Positions 60,297 to 64,000 of a stretch of 64,000 nucleotides of DNA are shown in pieces; position 1 is the stretch's first letter, and each line of letters starts with the position of its first letter. Origin of the DNA: Squalus acanthias (taxonomy: Eukaryota); assembly GCA_030390025.1 (NCBI GenBank), contig CM059431.1, positions 96,040,001 through 96,104,000 on the forward strand, read 5' to 3'. The translations under genes were made by a program, and so were the position numbers. Under the pieces are notes generated by a model. The model did no database searches. It had not been told where the DNA came from and saw nothing but the letters and a program-made list of their open reading frames with translations.

Positions 60297-61348
60297 GCTA
60301 CACTCGATCGAACGAATGATCACTTGTGCAGTGATAGAATGAACGATTCGAGCGAACGCACGCAGGCGCGCACTTAGACAAATGATACGCACGCACGCAC
60401 TCATATATACATATTGGAACTTACGCTCGATCGAACGAACGAACGCTTGAATGAACGAACGAACAATTGAATGAATGATCGAATGATCGAACGAACAATG
60501 CCAGTCGGACTGGCGTAAAACAGGTTTTCTTGGTTTATTGGAATAAATGTTATCTGTAGCATTTAATTGGATTATGATGGTGCTATGTGTTTGTACACTG
60601 GTGTTGAAATGGTTTGTTTTATGTGGAGTTAACTTTGAGATTTATTATTTTAAATCTAAAAAGTTGTGTGGAATTGCTTAAGGGTATTTGTACTGTAAAC
60701 ATTATTGATTATTTGTAAAAGTAATCATTGCATTTATATTAATTATAAGGCTGTTTTTAATGCTTTATTTTTTTACTGTGATGGATGAATGTAATGGATT
60801 TACTATGTAATGGATTTACTATGTAATTGATGAGTTGTACAGGTATTATTGTATTTGAATAAAAATATTTCAACCACCTCAGCCAATGGAATGAATGATC
60901 GAATGATCGAATGAACAATGCCAGTAGGACTGGCGGAAAAAGGGAAAAAAAACACGTTTTTTTTCTTGGTTTATTGGAATAAGTGTTATCTGTAGCATTT
61001 AATTGGATTATGATGGTGCTATGTGTTTGTACACTGTGGTGTTGAAATGGTTTTTGTTTTATGTGGAGTTAACTTTGAGATTTATTATTTTAAATCTAAA
61101 ATGTTGTGTGGTATTGTTTAAGGGTATTTGTACTGCAAACATTATTTGTAAAATTAATCATTGCATTTATATTAACTATAAGGCTATTTTTAAGGCTTTA
61201 TTTTTTAGTGTGATGGATGAATGTAATGGATTTACTATGTAATTGATGAGTTGTATAAGTATTATTGTATTTGAATAAAAAGATTTCTCCAGTCCCTTGT
61301 TCAGGGCCCGGGGAGGCTGTGGGCCTTTATTCCCCTTATTGGAAAAAA
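60297..61348 (+). mobile_element. Unclassified 1052-bp non-coding retroposed insertion
   Basis: Flanked by direct repeat AAGCCCGGTG (60287-60296, 61349-61358); ends in an A-run; has an internal 420-bp-period duplication. Confidence 0.75.
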
Positions 61349-61673
61349 AAGCCCGGTGCCGTCCTCGTCCAATTTCTACGCGTGCGCATTTCCAGCAGGG
61401 GCAACTGCATAGCGATCAGGAGATTATCCTCTCTCTAACCATGCAGAATGAAGCCAAGTGTAGTGTAGCGTCACATCCATTTCCTGGCCTCAAATCGCTA
61501 CTGACCAGGGATTGAGACTGTGACTTCCTTGGTCTGTATAGCTCATACTGCACACTGGATAAATTCACAGCCATTACAGAACAAAAATATTTTTTTTAAA
61601 AGAGATTCACCATCAGGATACTTGGTTTTTCCCCTGTTTTTCACCTGCTTTCCTGAAAGGAAGTCCTCACAGT

Positions 61674-62167
61674 GGGAGCAGGAGACTGGGCTTCAGAGAG
61701 AAGGGAGCAGGAGACTGGGCTCCAGAGAGAAGGGAGCAGGAGACTGGGTTCCAGATAAAAGGGAGCAGGAGTCTGGGCTCCAGAGAGAAGGGAGCAGGAG
61801 ACTGGGCTCCAGAGGGAAGGGAGCAGGAGACTGGGCTCCAGAGAGAAGGGAGCAGGAGACTGAGCTCCAGATAAAAGGGAGCAGGAGACTGGGCTCCAGA
61901 TAACAGGGAGCAGGAGACTGGGCTCCAGAGAGAAGGGAGCAGGAGACTGGGCTCCAGATAATAGGGAGCAGGAGACTGGGCTCCAGAGAGAAGGGAGCAG
62001 GAGACTGGGCTCCAGAGAGAAGGGAGCAGGAGACTGGGCTCCAGAGAGATGGGAGCAGGAGATTGGGCTCCAGAGAGAAGGGAGCAGGAGACTGGGTTCC
62101 AGATAAAAGGGATTAGGAGACTGGGCTCCAGAGGGAAGGGAGCAGGAGACTGTGCTCCAGAGGGAAG
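61674..62167 (+). repeat. 29-bp minisatellite, about 17 copies
   Basis: Unit GGGAGCAGGAGACTGGGCTCCAGAGAGAA; copies start 61674, 61703 and so on. Confidence 0.97.
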
Positions 62168-64000
62168 AACATAAGAACATAAGAAATAGGAGCAGGAGTA
62201 GGCCATTCGGTCCTTCGAGCCTGCTCCACCATTGAATGACATCTGCCTCTCTTCCGCCACTATGTTCGCGCCCGGGTGGCCCTGGAGATGGAGCACGCGG
62301 TGTCCGCCGGCACGCTTGACGCCTTTCGAGACCGGTGGGTGCCACGGGGACTGGAGTGCATCGTCACCCCCGGCAAGGTAATTGTAATTTAATTTGATAA
62401 GTTTTATTTAAAGTTTTGTTAATTTTCAGTTAATTTACAGTTAATTTGGTTCAATAAAAAAGAGGACCATTCAGTGACATCATGGCTGATCTTCTGCCTC
62501 AACTCCATTCACCGGCCCTATCGCCAAATCCCTTGAAGCCCTTACTAGTCAGAAATCTATCGACTTCTGTTTTGAATATACCCAATGACTGAGCCTCCAC
62601 AGCACTCTGGGGTAGAGAATTCCAAAGATTCACCACCCTCTGTGTGAAAAATGTCTTCTCATCTCAGTCCTGAATGGCCTGTCCTTTATCTTGAGGCTGT
62701 GGCCCCTGGTTCTAGACTCCCCAGCCAAGGGAAACAATCTCCCAGCATCCATCCTATCAAGCCCTGTAATAATTTTGTATGCTTCAATGAGATCCCCTCT
62801 CATTCTTCTGAATTCAAGAGAATACAGGCCTAGTTTACTCAATCTCTTCTCATATGACAGACCCGCCATCCCAGGAATCAATCTCGTGAACCTTCGTTGC
62901 ACTCCCTCTATGGCAAGTATATCCTTCCTTAGGTAAGGAGACCAAATTTGTACACAGTACTCCAGGTGTGGTTTCACCAAGGCCCTATATAATTGGAGTA
63001 AGACTTCTTTACTCCTGTACTCAAATCCTCTTGTAATGAAGGCCAGCATACCATTTGCCTTCCTAATGGCTTGCTGCACCTGCACATTCACTTTCAGTGA
63101 CTCATGTACAAGGACACCCAGGTCCCTTTGAGCATCTGCATTCCCCAATCTTTCGCTATTGAGGAAATACTCTGCCTTTCTGTTTTTTCTACCAAAGTGG
63201 ATAACTTCACATTTATCCACATTATATTCCATCTGCCATGTTCTCGCCCACTCACTGAGCCTGTTGCGATCCCCTTGAAGCCTCTTTACATCCTCTTCGC
63301 AACTGACACTGCCACCTAGCTTTGTATCATCAGCAAATTTGGAAATGTTACATTTAGTCCCCTCATCCAAATCATTGATATAGATTGTGTATAGCTGGGG
63401 CCCAAGCACCGATCCTTGCGGTACCCCACTAGTCACAGCCTGCCATCCTGAAAAAGACCCGTTTATCCCTACTCTTTGCTTTCTGTCTGTTAACCAATTC
63501 TCAATCCATGCTAGTATAATACCCACAATTCCATGTGCCTAATTTTGTTCACCAACCTCTTGTGTGGGACCTTATCGAAGGCCTTCTGAAAATCCAGATA
63601 CACCACATCTACCAGTTCCCCTTTGTCTACTCCAGTAGTTACATCCTCAAAGAACTCCAATAGGTTTGTCAAACAGGATTTCCCTTTCATAAATCCATGT
63701 TGACTCTGCCCAATCTTACTATTAGTTTCTAAGTGCCCAGTTATTGCATCCTTTATAATAGATTCCAGCATTTTCCCAACTACTGATGTGAGGCTAACAG
63801 GTCTGTAGTTCCCCGTTTTCTCTCTCCCTCCTTTCTTAAATAGCTGGGTTACATTTGCTATCCTCCAATCTGCAGGAACCGTTACAGAATCTATAGAAAT
63901 TTGGAAGATGAAAACCAATGCGTCCACTATTCCAATGGCCACCTCTTTCAAAACCCTAGGATGTAGGTCATCCGGTCCGTGGGATTTATCGACTTTTAGT
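62168..64000 (-). mobile_element. CR1 LINE RT and 3' end, runs off the window
   Basis: ORFs 63511-63951 and 62630-63526 ([18 protein letters not shown]); (TTCTTATG)n tail at about 62168. Confidence 0.93.
62244..62465 (+). mobile_element. Tx1/L1-clade retrotransposon 3' end inserted into the CR1 3' UTR
   Basis: Translates LFRHYVRARVALEMEHAVSAGTLDAFRDRWVPRGLECIV...*, like Tx1 ORF2 C-termini; T-rich UTR, AATAAA; diverged 16-bp TSD ACCATT(G/C)A(A/G)TGACATC at 62228-62243 and 62466-62481. Confidence 0.75.

Noticed and set aside
60469..60520. Helitron/Helentron terminus (hairpin plus microsatellite)
   Set aside because: The 10-bp TSD and 3' A-run fit retroposition better; Helitrons make no TSD, and no CTRR end or paired subTIR was found.
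61641..62345. 234-aa and 209-aa repetitive ORFs
   Set aside because: Translations of the 29-bp minisatellite, open in several frames.

Overview
Eukaryotic, repeat-saturated non-coding DNA. The TE mix (CR1 with an SGNH-esterase ORF1, L2, Deu-type SINEs, Neptune-like Penelope elements, PIF/Harbinger) suggests a vertebrate, most likely a cartilaginous fish; this is inference, no search was run. Most of the window is nested transposable elements: two near-full-length CR1 LINEs (26628-31368 minus, 39383-43747 plus), many truncated CR1/L2 pieces, one complete Harbinger (1364-5471) plus three damaged relatives, two Penelope 3' ends each with a minimal hammerhead ribozyme, hAT and Tigger/pogo MITEs, a Tx1 3' end and two tandem arrays. 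No host gene is recognised with confidence, though two phase-compatible candidate exons lie on the minus strand. The most interesting signals are: (1) a T_TTA_AAC slippery heptamer in -1 frameshift phase right before the CR1 ORF1 stop, leading into an ORF2 with no usable AUG; (2) an unclassified 1052-bp non-coding retroposed insert with a 10-bp TSD; (3) covarying hammerhead ribozymes; (4) a 76-bp monomer array forming a CR1 5' end; (5) conserved short linear motifs in the spliced Harbinger Myb-like protein. Coordinates were counted by hand, and boundaries of old TE fragments are approximate.
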